A stretch of DNA of 64,000 nucleotides. Origin: Fimbriosthenelais zetlandica. Its lineage: Eukaryota. The notes beneath the pieces are model-generated. The model saw only the letters and a program-made list of their open reading frames with translations. It was not told the DNA's origin and did no database searches. Below, in pieces: positions 13,801 through 25,857 of the stretch; positions within the stretch are counted from its first letter, which is position 1; every line of letters begins with the position of its first letter. The position numbers and the translations under genes are program-made. Location: the NCBI GenBank assembly GCA_977030845.1, contig OZ365111.1, positions 48,980,001-49,044,000 on the forward strand, written 5' to 3'.

Positions 13801-16601
13801 TTGCGCCAATAGAGTGGAATGGTAGGTAATTGGGGTTTAGCCATGCACTTCAAGCAATATCAGTTTCATTCTGTGTAGTATATAGAGTGTTCCAGCACAT
13901 ATCAATATACAAGAGGAACTTTTAAGCTGGAGATTTGAAATAGGCCCTATTTAAACTGAGAAATGATTTTTTCCAGGAGAAACAGTACCTAAGGACTCCA
14001 CAATATATCGTGTGGAACTCCTATTTGTGTCTCAGCCTGTCTACATCATCATGTGCTGCTTCTCCTCTCTTGGAATCGTCATCGCTTTTCTCCTGTTAAT
14101 CTTCAACATCACTTACAGGAATTACAGGTTCGTGAGTATTTAGACCCAACTTTTAAGATTTTAAAGACCTGGAATTTGTAATTGGAAAATGTTTACATGG
14201 ATTTGTCACTTTTTTCAGATTGATCAAGATGTCTTCACCTGTCATGAACAACATCATATTGGTGGGCTGCATTGTCACTTACCTCACTGTCTACTCCCAG
14301 GAGCTTTTTGAAAGTGACACAGAATTATTCTGCAAAGTAAGGAACAACCCTATCTCACAGTTTGTTTCATAACAATGCTTTAACCTATATATGGTTATGA
14401 AACAGGCCCTGATCTATAGACGAAATACAGACAAAATATTTAAAATATTTTGAATGTTGAATACGTTTGGAACTGAAATATTATGTGTTATTATTCAAAC
14501 AGATAAGATCCTTGACTGTGATGATCGGATTCTCGCTTTCAGTCGGGGCTCTGTTCGCAAAAACCTGGAGGGTTTACGTGATATTCACAAACAAAACCAG
14601 AAGAGTGGTAGGTCAAAGAAATTATCAACTATTCCCGTTTCTTGCTAAAATCCACTTATGGCATACACAGCTCTATCTTTTGGAGGTGTTAGTACCTTTC
14701 TTTGTCTAATAATTTAATATTTTATCCCATTTAGATCCTAAAGGACTACAAACTTGTACTGATTGTGTTTGTCATAGTTATGCTGGATGTTATAATTTTT
14801 GTTACAAGGGAGCTCGTGTCTCCCCCGATTGTTACCAGAGAAGTGGCCTTAAAAGAGGTAGGTGACTGGGATACATGCATGCATTTACATACATACTGTC
14901 TAACGCAGTGACAGAAATTTGTGGAAGAAGATACTTGAATACAGCCTCTTCAAATAGCATTTCCTAATGCTCCCACTTCCGCTTCCTGTGCACATGCGCA
15001 CATTCTACTTCCTCTTCCCTTCCGGAACACATCCTCCACATTTTCAAATTTCTGAGATAGTGCTTCCCTTCTCAAGAACATCTCATACTACGAACTGTCC
15101 TGTTTATGCAGGCTACTTTATGTCACTCCTAAATCTAATTCTCTTACATGTATAAATGTTATTATATTACTTATATTAAAATTATTATTAACCCAAATAC
15201 CTCTCAGTATATTTTCCTTCCACAAATGTATGTAAGTATGGTACATTGTATATTCTTGTGATTGGAAAGTACTGCACTTCTTGCGGTGCAAATTCATGCT
15301 CTTAGGTCTACATATATATAATCTGAAGTATGCAGTATTGGTGACCTTCTATTTGCAGACTTACGAAGATGGTGACCTTGTTGTACAATGGGAGATCCTG
15401 GTTTGCAAAAGCGCTTATGATCTGTACTTTCAAGGTGTCATTTACTGCTACAAAGGATTGATTTTGATATTTGGAGCTTTTCTTGCCTGGCAAACGAGGA
15501 AGGTATGTATGAGGCTGACAATTTTACAACTTTAATTTTGAGGTTAATTTTTATACTGCATATGGCTTTATATTCCGTACGATATTCTATTAGTTCTCAG
15601 AGGATATCTACCCACTGTGATATGTTTTTGAATACAACCTGGCAGGTGAATATTCCGGCGTTGAATGACTCGCAGTATATCGGTATGTGCATCTATAATG
15701 TGGCTGTGCTCAGCATCCTCAGTGCTATACTCATTTTTGTGTTGGAGCACAAGCTGGAGCTGCAGTATGTACTCACCTCGGCCTTCCTTATATTTGGGAC
15801 CACCACCGTACAGCTCATCATTTTCATACCAAAGGTGAATTTATGGTAAATTAACTGTAGAGCAGATTAATGACAGATATTTAGACTTCAAGAGAGAATT
15901 TGATGCTCAAAATCAGAACACACTTTTGAGCAAAACTTAATTATGCTGCCTTGGTTACCATTTCCTAACAAGTAACATTGGTTTTCTACAAATAAACAGT
16001 TCCTCCTATGTAAAAATTATTTGCTAATGAGACCTTATTTGACATGACAAACAATTAGAATGAGCGTCCCACAGGGGCTGATGTTAGGCCCACTACTATA
16101 TCTAATTTACATGAATGACGTGCTGGCAGCAAAAGTAGGCAAATTATGTTATAAGACCCCATACTCCATCCTCGTTAACAATTGTCCTATCACTGCCCAT
16201 TTGCACAAGTAGACCAAGGCACTTTACTAGACACATATTAAGATAGATAACTGCACACAACCTTGTGCTCTGCTACTGCACACAAACGAAGCTTGGGTGC
16301 AGGTGTGCGGATCTGCTAATATTGTTCGCAGAACTCCCAGAGCACTCTAACAAATTCAGTGAATGACATGGTGACACTTTTAAGTATTTCAATTGTTATG
16401 TTTATGAAGGTGATGAAGCTGAGAGATATGAAGAACCAAGTAGAAGAGGAGTCAGAGACGGCAACCACAACGACTGATCTACCCAACAACACCTTAACAG
16501 CGGAGGAAGATGAAGAAATAAAAAAGCTAAAGAAGGAAAATGAGGAACTCAAAACAGAGCTAGCTAAACACAAGGCAGACGCTTCGAAGAATGCGGCATG
16601 A
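10887..16601 (+). CDS. GABA-B receptor-like class C GPCR, 16 exons: 10887-11114, 11429-11566, 11714-11884, 12204-12305, 12398-12463, 12706-12844, 13152-13343, 13467-13622, 13744-13821, 13977-14127, 14219-14336, 14503-14607, 14735-14857, 15359-15502, 15646-15834, 16410-16601
   Basis: Signal peptide MGVFCWRVLVILAWPLLVLG. Venus-flytrap motifs IIGLYPMSGGWP, GGGCS, LSWGCSSPALS, FFRT and AYDAVWAIAL. 7TM motifs LIKMSSPVMNNIILVG, GALFAKTWRVYVIF and TRKVNIPALNDSQYIGMCIYNV. The C-terminus is a coiled coil (IKKLKKENEELKTEL). All introns are GT-AG and in phase. Confidence 0.93.
15875..16300 (+). mobile_element. Decayed LINE reverse-transcriptase fragment (CR1/L2/Jockey-like) in the last intron of the GABA-B-like gene
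   Basis: Translates to YLDFKREFDAQNQNTLLSK (RT motif LDFSKAFD..H.ILL.KL) at 15878-15934 and SVPQGLMLGPLLYLIYMNDV (GVPQGSVLGPLLFLIYINDL) at 16063-16122, in the correct order. Confidence 0.8.
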
Positions 16602-17156
16602 GGGGAATTCTGTGAGCTGTGTCAATAAAACAAACAATGGATGATCTCTGATACAAACAGATGTGATATGTTGTTTGATAATCAAGCTGATAAGTTGAAA
16701 ACAGACATGCACATTTAAACGTCAATATATATATATACAGAAAGTTAGATGCATGCATGGTACACATTGACTTCAGTTGTTGCAAGCCTTTTCATATTAC
16801 AGGTCACTATACATTAATATTCTAACACAATCTACATCATATATGGAATAAAATGTAAAGAGAGATCATAGTTTGGTTTTTTATTCTGTATTGAAAAAAA
16901 CACTACACTAGAGTTTGAGGTATAATCTGACCATCCCTCCATGAATAGTGTCTTCTCAAACACACCGTGGGGGGTATTCATATAGTCACTGACCTGGATT
17001 CAATAAAAACTATCGGAATTCCCGTGCAGATCAGTATTCTCAGGCCCTGTATTTCTGGAACATAGTTCCAAGGCTTCAGTTCCAACCGATCGCGTTATAG
17101 GCTCTGAAAATCAGTATTCCAAGACTCCAAAGGCGAGGAAACGGATCGAGGGGAGG

Positions 17157-20100
17157 ATGGCAGGTAAAAGCTTATATAATATTTTATTCCTTAAATCTAC
17201 ATAGAAAAATAACATTATAAAACCATGTTAGTACTATAATTATAGAATAGGGGAAACTATAAAGAATATGAACCCTAATATTTGCAAGCGAGTGCTCACA
17301 AGCCATATTATACCGTGTACGTCAGCTAGTAAAACTGAGAGAAATGGAATGATAGAAGTGTATAATGTATTGTACCATGGAAGTTGAAATTGGATTTTCT
17401 TTCCTTTCTGATCGATAACAAATTTATATATCGAAAGGTTACAGTAAAATTCTAAGACTTAATTGTTTTATGGCCAGGTAAAATGTGAAGAAAATATTTA
17501 CCTATATTATAATAATATTATATTGCAGCAATATTATTGCAATAATGTTATGGTAAAATTGTATATTTAATTGTACTCTGCATGCAACATTTCTTTACCA
17601 TCAGAAATATAGTTTGCATCTGCTGTTGGCCCCGAGCCCAATATCACAAGACCAGTTATGCATCATTTGATATGAATCATCAATATCTAATCGATATCGT
17701 TCTATACTTCATTAATTATTAAAAAGACACATATTTTTTCACTATGTTTCTTTTACATGTTGTAGGTGGAAAATCCGTCATAACAATTTTCCTTGTAGTT
17801 GTTTTCTTAATTTCTGAACAAAGGACTACCGGGTGAGTGCCAGAAATGGATACGTTATTCTTCTTGTCGGCATTTTGCATTCTATATAGTTGTTATTCAT
17901 TTAAAAGATATTAGTTCCAATTAAGCCCACACCCTTACTTTCTATGAGCAGGATTTTTGTACATGCTCGATCTATTTGTTCATTGTTCATGCACTTTCAG
18001 GGTTCTTGCATGTGCTAGAAGCAATGGTGGTCTTGATGAGGAGTCGACAAAGAAGATCGATGGGTTGGTAAATTACTTTAAATACCAAATAGAAACACTC
18101 AAAGAAGCAATGGCAGAAATAGCAGCTACCCATCAGGTCTCAACTGAGGAAATCACCAAAGAAATGACAAAATGTAGGAAAGAAATAGATGATGATTTGA
18201 ACATTGTACTCACGACTTATAATACAAAGTTTCGGGGATTCCAGCAGAGAGTTGAAGGAATGTTTGCAAATCTACAAACACATCTGAAAGAAGAAGTTGC
18301 TCGGCAGGATGAAGAACATATGAAGAAAATAACAAACCTTATTTTGGATTTACGGGCTACATCGGTTGAACAAGACAATAGATCTTCAGAAACGAGTAGA
18401 CTGGTATCTGAGAACATCAAACGAATGGAAGACACTTTACAAGGGAATTAACCTCAATAATAATAACACAGAAGGAAAATCAGAATGCTTTAAAAGATTT
18501 CGCAGACCAAATTCATAGCAAGCTGAGGACCATGGAAAGAGGCCTAAATGAAGCGAAACTGATTAATGTTGTAAATGATGATGACGAAAATGATGAATCA
18601 CGACAATCTAACGGTAAATATAAATATGCCAGTTATATACTGTGGAAGAAACTGTTCTCATAAATTTGTAATCCTAACAGTGGTATATGATATTCAAAGA
18701 ACTTAATATATTTCAGAATCGTTTCTGTACTTCCTCCTACTCTTACTGATAACCATCGTGGTGATAGCTGCGGGATACATATTCCACATTAAAAGTACGG
18801 AAGACAGAAACATTCAACCAAATCCACATCTAAATGTAGGTATTAAACATTAGACAAAATGCAAAGTCCTTTTCAATTAGACAAAATGAAAGGCCCTTTC
18901 AACACATTACAATTCTCTAATTTATTTTTACATGGTTGCATGATGGAAGATAGATCGATCTATATAACATGCTCTAATGTGTTCTTTTAGACCCCAGCAC
19001 TGAAAGAGGTGGCTAAGGAAAAAATCACAGCTGACGAATTGACGAAGAGTATAGACATGGCTAAGTGCAGTGATGATGAAAAGTTGGATGACCTGCAGCT
19101 GGTTAATTTGATATCGGTGATCGCATTCTCAGACAGTGTCTTGGGTGAGGCCAGGACATACATGGAGAAATTAGCATAACAATGGGGACAGACCATGCAA
19201 TTCTATGTAAGACTATTCTTCCCTAAATACTACATCATTAGATAACTATTAATTGATTTATAATATTAGGTCATGTTTTTAGAAAGTCAATCTTTAATGA
19301 TCTTCTTAAACATTAGTCTAATTAATCTAACACGTGAAGGTATTGCGGGGCCCAGCTGAACTGGCAAGTGTTGCACGGAGCGTCTGCTATATAGTTTTCG
19401 TTGGGTATGACACACGGGACGCCATACTGGAAGACGAGGATGGCTTCCAAGGCAGCAGAAAAGCTGACACAATATCCAAGCTGCAGAATAAAGGAGGTAT
19501 ACATAAAATTATAATTAATAAATGTCTGACAATATTTTCAGTGAATTATTGAAAAAAATGTGTCATCGATGGTAAAGAACTATAGTTGTCTTCCTACAAT
19601 GTTTTCTGCACATTGGTATCAACGGCGGCGTTATCATCTCATGCTAGACTTTTAAGTTATAATTTTTATAGAGCCTGTTATCCCTTTAATGCCGGGGAAT
19701 GCATATTTGCATCACCGCAAACGTACGGATAATGCAAATTTGCATTAAAGCCGTATTGTAGCCATTTTTTCCAAGATAGAGAAAGGAATTTGCTACACAT
19801 TGGTGAAAAAATCTTTTTGAAATTCCCAGTAGAAGTGAAGATTCGGCCTTTGAAAGTGGGCAAGTCGGAAATTTTCAAGAACCTGTGATTTCGCTGAGCA
19901 TGGCAATTTCACGAGAAAAATTAGTCCAAATCCAGTTACCCCCTTATTTGAGAAATATGTATAAAGCAGTAATTCTTTGATTATTTTCTTAGTTTTCATC
20001 CGATTTTCACAAAGTAAATTTTATTTATAAGCTAGGATCACGCTCTATGAACTTCTATTCCTGAATTGTAGACTCCACAGAGAGCTGTTACCATGGAAAC

Positions 20101-20886
20101 AGTAAAATCGAGGAATATTTTATTTTTTCCAGAAAACTGGTTGCCATGGAAACCGAAAATGCATAATTAAAAGTTGAATTTTTTGCCAAAATCATAGTTT
20201 CATTGTATTAAGGGCAAAAAGATATGAAAAGTGTATTTTCAACATTTTTTAAATTTTCTAAATTATTTTTAGCATTTTTTTGCCAAAATATTGAAGTAAT
20301 AAGGTCCAAAATTTCATCAGATATTTGGAAATTCTTCCATATTCTAACCGTCATAACATTTTCTATATGTTAGGCACTACTATAATGCTTACATGGTTGG
20401 ATGCAGTGGAAAAAGTAGAAAACGGAGATACCCAAATTTGGAATAAAATATAAACTGTATTCTTCATCTGAGGTGTCAAATAATGATCAAAATGGCCATT
20501 TTAAGGGCTAGCTCAAGGCCCTCGTACTACTGGCACTGTCGCTTCCATAGGGCTCGGCATTAAAGGGTTATGGGGGAATACCAGCTCACACTCTTGAATA
20601 CTCAAGTTTCTCGTATGATTTACTTGATATACATAATTCACCATCCACATGCCCCTTCTGATTTCTATTCACAGCAAACATTTTTGTGGTCTATTTGGAT
20701 GCGGACCTTGCCTCGGACAAGCCCCTGGATGATTCTCTCTACCATCCAAGATTGCACCAAGCTTCTACTCATCCTCTTCTGGCTCCAATTGCTAACGATC
20801 AACGCTTTATTGCTATCCACAGAGGGCAGATGACAGAGCGGCAGGAAGAGTTGCTCGGCAGTTGGGTTAAGAAATCATTCGCCTGA
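17157..20886 (+). pseudogene. Orphan type I membrane protein (signal peptide, helical/coiled-coil ectodomain, TM, alpha/beta TIR/SEFIR-like tail) with a frameshift and a premature stop. Exons: 17157-17163, 17766-17832, 18001-18613, 18717-18835, 18991-19206, 19340-19496, 20675-20886
   Basis: Seven phase-compatible GT-AG exons give MAGGKSVITIFLVVVFLISE and the TM FLYFLLLLLITIVVIAAGYIF. The reading frame shifts at ~18441 (caagggaattaa) and continues as RELTSIIITQKENQ to a proper donor. An in-frame TAA at 19177-19179 is followed by open codons up to the donor. Confidence 0.75.
19682..20567. mobile_element. Non-autonomous piggyBac-like element (886 bp) in an intron
   Basis: Perfect 13-bp TIR CCCTTTAATGCCG / CGGCATTAAAGGG, flanked on both sides by TTAT (19678-19681 and 20568-20571). 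There is no transposase ORF. Confidence 0.85.
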
Positions 20887-21014
20887 GATTCATTCGCAAT
20901 AGGCTAAAGTAACCATGTACCATAGGCTCCAAATTAAGGTAGTTTGGTGAGAGGCCCAACTAGGTTGCAAGGCCCCCTGTGATGTAGAATATGCTGTAGG
21001 CATATGCTTCCAAG

Positions 21015-22024
21015 ATACAGTCACTAGACAGTGAATTAGTCCGATTTGCCAAACAGGCAGTGTATCCTATGAGAGCGGTGCCTATTCAAACACTTGCCGA
21101 ATTGTAACCATTATCAATAGAGGTACCAAAATTATGATGACCGTTTATAATTGAATAAAGTCCATATATTCAAAGTTTCAATTATATTCACTGTCGGAAT
21201 GGGATATAATCGAGCACTAATTAACAACTTCAGATTGATTCTTCAGTAGTGAAGTGGGTTTCAGTCCATGGTAACCAATATCACTCAGGGGGGTCACATG
21301 ACCATCAGGTTGGGTTTGCTAGTTTACCAACAGTATAAGGGCACTGACAATTGACAGGATAAAGAAAGCTAAATAGTATTGAGGAAACCATCAGGACATG
21401 AAGCAGGTCACAGCCTCATCATGTTATTTGGCTATTTAGGAGCTTTCTGTTACGGTACCAAATAATGATATTTATGTGCAATATATGTAATTATAAGGTT
21501 GCATTCCGAAAATGAAAAGCTATAGTTAATTATTTAAACACATTTTGCAGTTAGTAATATAGCTTTCAGACCCTATTTAGACACTTTTGATTATTTACAT
21601 TTAAAACCCCATCCTATGACTGGGCACCGACCTGCCTTCAAGTCGTGTGGTCTTCCTTAATCCCCCTGTTATCTCTTTTTTCTAACAATTGTCATTGCCC
21701 TTATAGTGTTGGTAAACAAGCAAAACAAACCTGATGGTCATTTGACCCCCCTGAGTGATATGGCTGATCTCTGACTGAAACCCACTCCACTACTGAAGAA
21801 TCTATCTGAGGTTGTTAATTAGTGCTCGATTATATCCCATTGCTATGGCCAATATAATTGAAACTTAGAATATAAGGACTTAATATGTTCATGACTATCC
21901 ACCATAATTTTGGTACCTCTATTGTTAATGGTTACAATTTGGCAAGTGTTTGAATAGGCACCGCTCTCATAGGATACACTGCCTGTTTGGCAAATCGGAC
22001 TAATTCACTGTCTAGTGACTGTAT
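21015..22024. mobile_element. Foldback / long-TIR non-autonomous DNA transposon (~1010 bp) with an 8-bp TSD
   Basis: ATACAGTCACTAGACAGTGAATTAGTCCGATTTGCCAAACAGGCAG... is mirrored at 21900-22024, and imperfect complementarity extends ~400 bp inward. The direct repeat CTTCCAAG lies at 21007-21014 and 22025-22032. Confidence 0.9.
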
Positions 22025-22880
22025 CTTCCAAGGGCAGATCCGGGTGCCCCCATAGTAGGCCCCTATACCTGTACTTGGACCCCAAATGCCCTTTTTAGAT
22101 CCCTAAACACCCCTTTTGCATTTTACTAAATTACTATATATTGCCCAGCTTTTCTTTCTGCAATTAACCTGCACCGCCTACCTTTGTGGATTTCTAAAAT
22201 CTGTATGATAGTGAGCAGTTAGGATAGCAACGAAAGAATGATTTACCAATGAACAACATTGAAAACAGTGATTTATTTAACGTAATAATAAGAATATGTT
22301 AACAGCAATATTCCTGACCAGTAGAGCAATAGCACATATATTCATAATAACATGTATGCAACAAACATACATTGCTCAAAAGTAAAAAATGGTAACATGA
22401 GGTTTAATTCATCGAACTGGGATATATAATAAAATACTCTAGTCATAAAAATATTGACATTAGATAGAGTATAAGCTAAAATAAATAACTTTTACAGATG
22501 TCTGCAATGCCAAGTTTTTACACTATAGTATGGAGACCAGCTCAATGAACATGAATAAATAAATTTCCTTATATATAATTTGTTGATTACTGTGTCCCAG
22601 AAAACTTCAAATTGAGTGAAAGACCCAAACTTTGTTGGCCCACTGTTGGCAGCCACCGGGCCACCGATAGTTGCACCATTGATGAGCTGCGAAATTCTTC
22701 GTCGCCACTAGGGCCCTTATAGTGTCGAAGCAGTAGGGGAGTATTAAGTTTAGCCTACTCCCCAAATTAAAATATTTTTGTTCGTAAGATGTATGAACGA
22801 GGTCTAATCGCAGACCCATCCTGATCACAATTCCATACAGATTATTATCACATATAACATGTTTTGTCCCTTTGTTGCGT

Positions 22881-25421
22881 TTAACTATGCTTGTACATGG
22901 CATCTGTCCTCACTGCGTACTTTCTCCCTGCTAGTAGGACTGAACCTTCGTGGAGTATGTTATGTTCAAATATCAGCACTGAACCTGGAACAATAGAAAT
23001 ACATCAACGGTGAAAATAAATTAAAAGTGAATGGCCATCAAGAACGAAAAACATGGGTGGGTGGGCACTTCAGCGATTTTTCTGTTGTGACAACATCACA
23101 TGGTTGCATTGTACAACAATGCTTTTAGCCTATGGTTGTACAATGGCCTGTACATAGGGAACTGGGACTGAGTGGAAGAGCATGCATGGGTGCCCCATTA
23201 TGAATTTTGAAATGATGGAGGACCTTGCGCTCGTAAAAATTACCAAATGTTCTGATGATAACTCATCCTCGTGCTGCTTCGTAAGGATGGTCAATTTAGG
23301 TGCAAAAAGGATTACATAATACTTGAATGTCCGATATGGATATGTTACCACACCTGTCTTGGGAACGCATGGAAAGTCTTCTTCAGGATTGGCCTCTCGT
23401 GAAGGATCAAGGAATGTTGTGCTGCCACCTCTGAATCCCTGAAAAAATTACAATGTAAGAAAATAACATTGTGAACGTACATTATAGCGTTTGTGGGTGG
23501 GTGGGTGGCTGCCACCACACTTGGGAACTAATGAAGATAAACATAAATTCAACGTTTAACATTGGATTTGAAAATTATATTGTAATTCGAGAGACACTTC
23601 CAATAGTCCAATAGTAGGCCTATAGGGTCTTGTATTGGCTCACTCACTTCATTCAAATATAACTGAACAGTGATGAAGCTCCTCTCTCCATTGTCTCTCC
23701 GGTACTGACCGTCAAAATGTGGTGCAAAATATTCTCCAGGGTCATAACGAAGGAACCGTAACCTGCATGAAAGGATGTTATTTTTTCAATAATTACTCTT
23801 AAATTTAGAATCTTAGTTGGCAAAATGGTGGAGGTGTAACATCCAACAGAAATGTTAAACCAACGTCTCTTAATTACTATACCCCTAATTTAAATAGGCA
23901 CCCAGTTTACTGGTATAGGCCTTAAAGCACAGTTTTGCCGATATTCTTCATGGAAATAGATCTACCGATGGATTTCAGTTTTGGCTAATTTGGGTGCTTT
24001 CTTAGATCCACAAACGTCAAGCGACGCCCCGGCCTGGCCATCATTGACCATTACGGCATTAGTTCCCAGTTTTCCCGATGGTGGGGGTAGCCGCATGGGA
24101 TTGAAAGTGACTAAATATTAGTTCCTTCGTTTGCTGTATAAGTCGTGAGGGCGCCACTGGACGGTCAACTCGTTCTGTCGGCCAAACCCCCTATTATCGC
24201 CCACAACAAAGCCAACATCTAGTATCTCGCCATTTACAGCTGTACAGACAGCGTAGCTCTGTCGTTTTGGCTGCGATACATTCTTCATGAAAAACTACCG
24301 ATAGATTTTAGTTTTGGCTAATTTGGGTGATTTCTTAGATCCACAAACACCGTCTGAACATTCCAAGCGACACCCCATTAGGCTAGTTCCCGTCAACCCG
24401 TCGGCCAAAACCCCTATTATCGCTCACAACAGTCTCTCGCTGTTTACAGTTTTTCAGACACGAATCTCAGACACAGTACTTCTAATCTTTTGCATGCAAT
24501 GAATTCTTCATAAAAATCTAATGACGGATTTCAATTTTGATTCATGTAGGTGCTTTCATAAATCTAAAACGCTGTCTGAAAATTCAGAGCGACGCTCCAT
24601 TGACTTGGCATTGACTGTTAGTTCCCAGATTTGCCGGTGGTGGGGTAGTGGCACTACAGCCGATACGGGACTCGACTGAATTTTTTAATATTAGTTTGAG
24701 ACATTAATGGTAAAAAATGTTACCTCTCGTTGAGGCCGACAGCTACAAAGTCATGCCACGTGTTGGGTATGTAGGGCTTGATTCTCTCCCACAACATACC
24801 AGCCTCCTCCTCACTATCCCAAATACAACGAGAACTTTTCCTCACGTCCGTCATTAACATCTGCCTGGAAATATTTTTATTTTCATATTCAGAATTTTGT
24901 GTAAATTTGTGATATACAATTTTGATATATAATTATACACACACTCCAAAAGTTAAACAGTTTGTGCAACGGATTTAAGCATGGAAAACTTTTGGTAGGT
25001 GTGTTTATATAAAAGTAGCTGTTAAGTGTGTGGTTAAGGGGTGGTGATGGGGGTGGGGGTGTGGTGATGGGGGTTTAGATGAACATACCTGCCTCCTCCT
25101 ACATTAACCAGGGCTTGAGAGTAACCCATCTCCTCTGTCTTTTCAATATATCGATCACATTCCTAGAAAGAAATCAGCACCTTAGATAATGTTGCTTAAC
25201 AAATGCTTACAAAAAGATTATAGCTATTATTTTGAAAGGGCAATTTTAGGCTATATGAGTTTAATTGATTGAATTAAATGCTGAATTAGTTCTTGCATAA
25301 TTACCTCTTTAGAGAGAACATTGTGTAGCATAAAAGCCAGTCTTCGCTGTTTCCTAGGCAACGTAATGTCTTCTTTAATAATCCCATTTTCCCCTAGGGT
25401 GGGTCCTGTGGTGTCACTCAT
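22881..25421 (-). CDS. Small P4Hc/2OG-FeII_Oxy_3-type dioxygenase (prolyl 4-hydroxylase-like, no signal peptide). Exons: 25305-25421, 25089-25162, 24724-24864, 23648-23762, 23354-23438, 22881-22984
   Basis: The spliced product contains AFMLHNVLSKEECDRYIE, VGLNERLRFLRYDPGEYFAPHFDG (HxD), FITVQLYLNEGFRGGSTTF and GSVLIFEHNILHEG...GRKYAVRTDAMY (distal His and 2OG-binding Lys). Confidence 0.9.
23940..24660. repeat. Three diverged direct copies of a ~250-340 bp unit in an intron of the P4Hc-like gene
   Basis: ttcttcat..aaa.ctaccgat.gattt.agttttggctaatttgggtg.tttcttagatccacaaac recurs at ~23943, ~24281 and, more diverged, ~24503. Confidence 0.7.
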
Positions 25422-25648
25422 ATTTGAAAAGTATATTTCCCGGGCCCTAACAAATAAATAGAAATATAGTTTTAAACATGAACCCACATCATTTTAGACC
25501 AGTATACAATGATGCCAGACCCAAAAACAGATCATTCGGGATAGCTGGTAGGTATGAGCCTATAGAGGGAACAACTTCAACCTATATGTATCCCAATAAA
25601 ATACACATATATAATATATATAACATATAGAGCTAGAAATACACTCAC

Positions 25649-25857
25649 CTCTTACAGCTATGATATTCCACTGTTCCTCGGATGCCTGTCAGTTTATAAT
25701 ATTACACCAAGAACAGATCTCAGTCTAACTATATCAATGACGAGCAAACTAGGGAGATCCCAGCCTTGTTGCTGTTTAGTGTATATAAATAGGCCCACCG
25801 GGTGACGTCATTGGAAAACCCAGGAGTGCTGCACTGCTTCGGTGCATGCCTGGCAAG
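25649..25857. promoter_or_regulatory. Probable bidirectional promoter between the P4Hc-like and BBOX1-like genes
   Basis: Outward-facing splice donors at 25648 (-, GTGAG) and 25858 (+, GTATG) enclose TATATAAA (25782-25789) and a CRE palindrome TGACGTCA (25803-25810). Matching acceptors lie just upstream of both ATGs. Confidence 0.55.

Noticed and set aside
19177-19179. In-frame stop as selenocysteine or programmed readthrough
   Set aside because: The codon is TAA rather than TGA, I saw no SECIS, and the same gene also has a frameshift.
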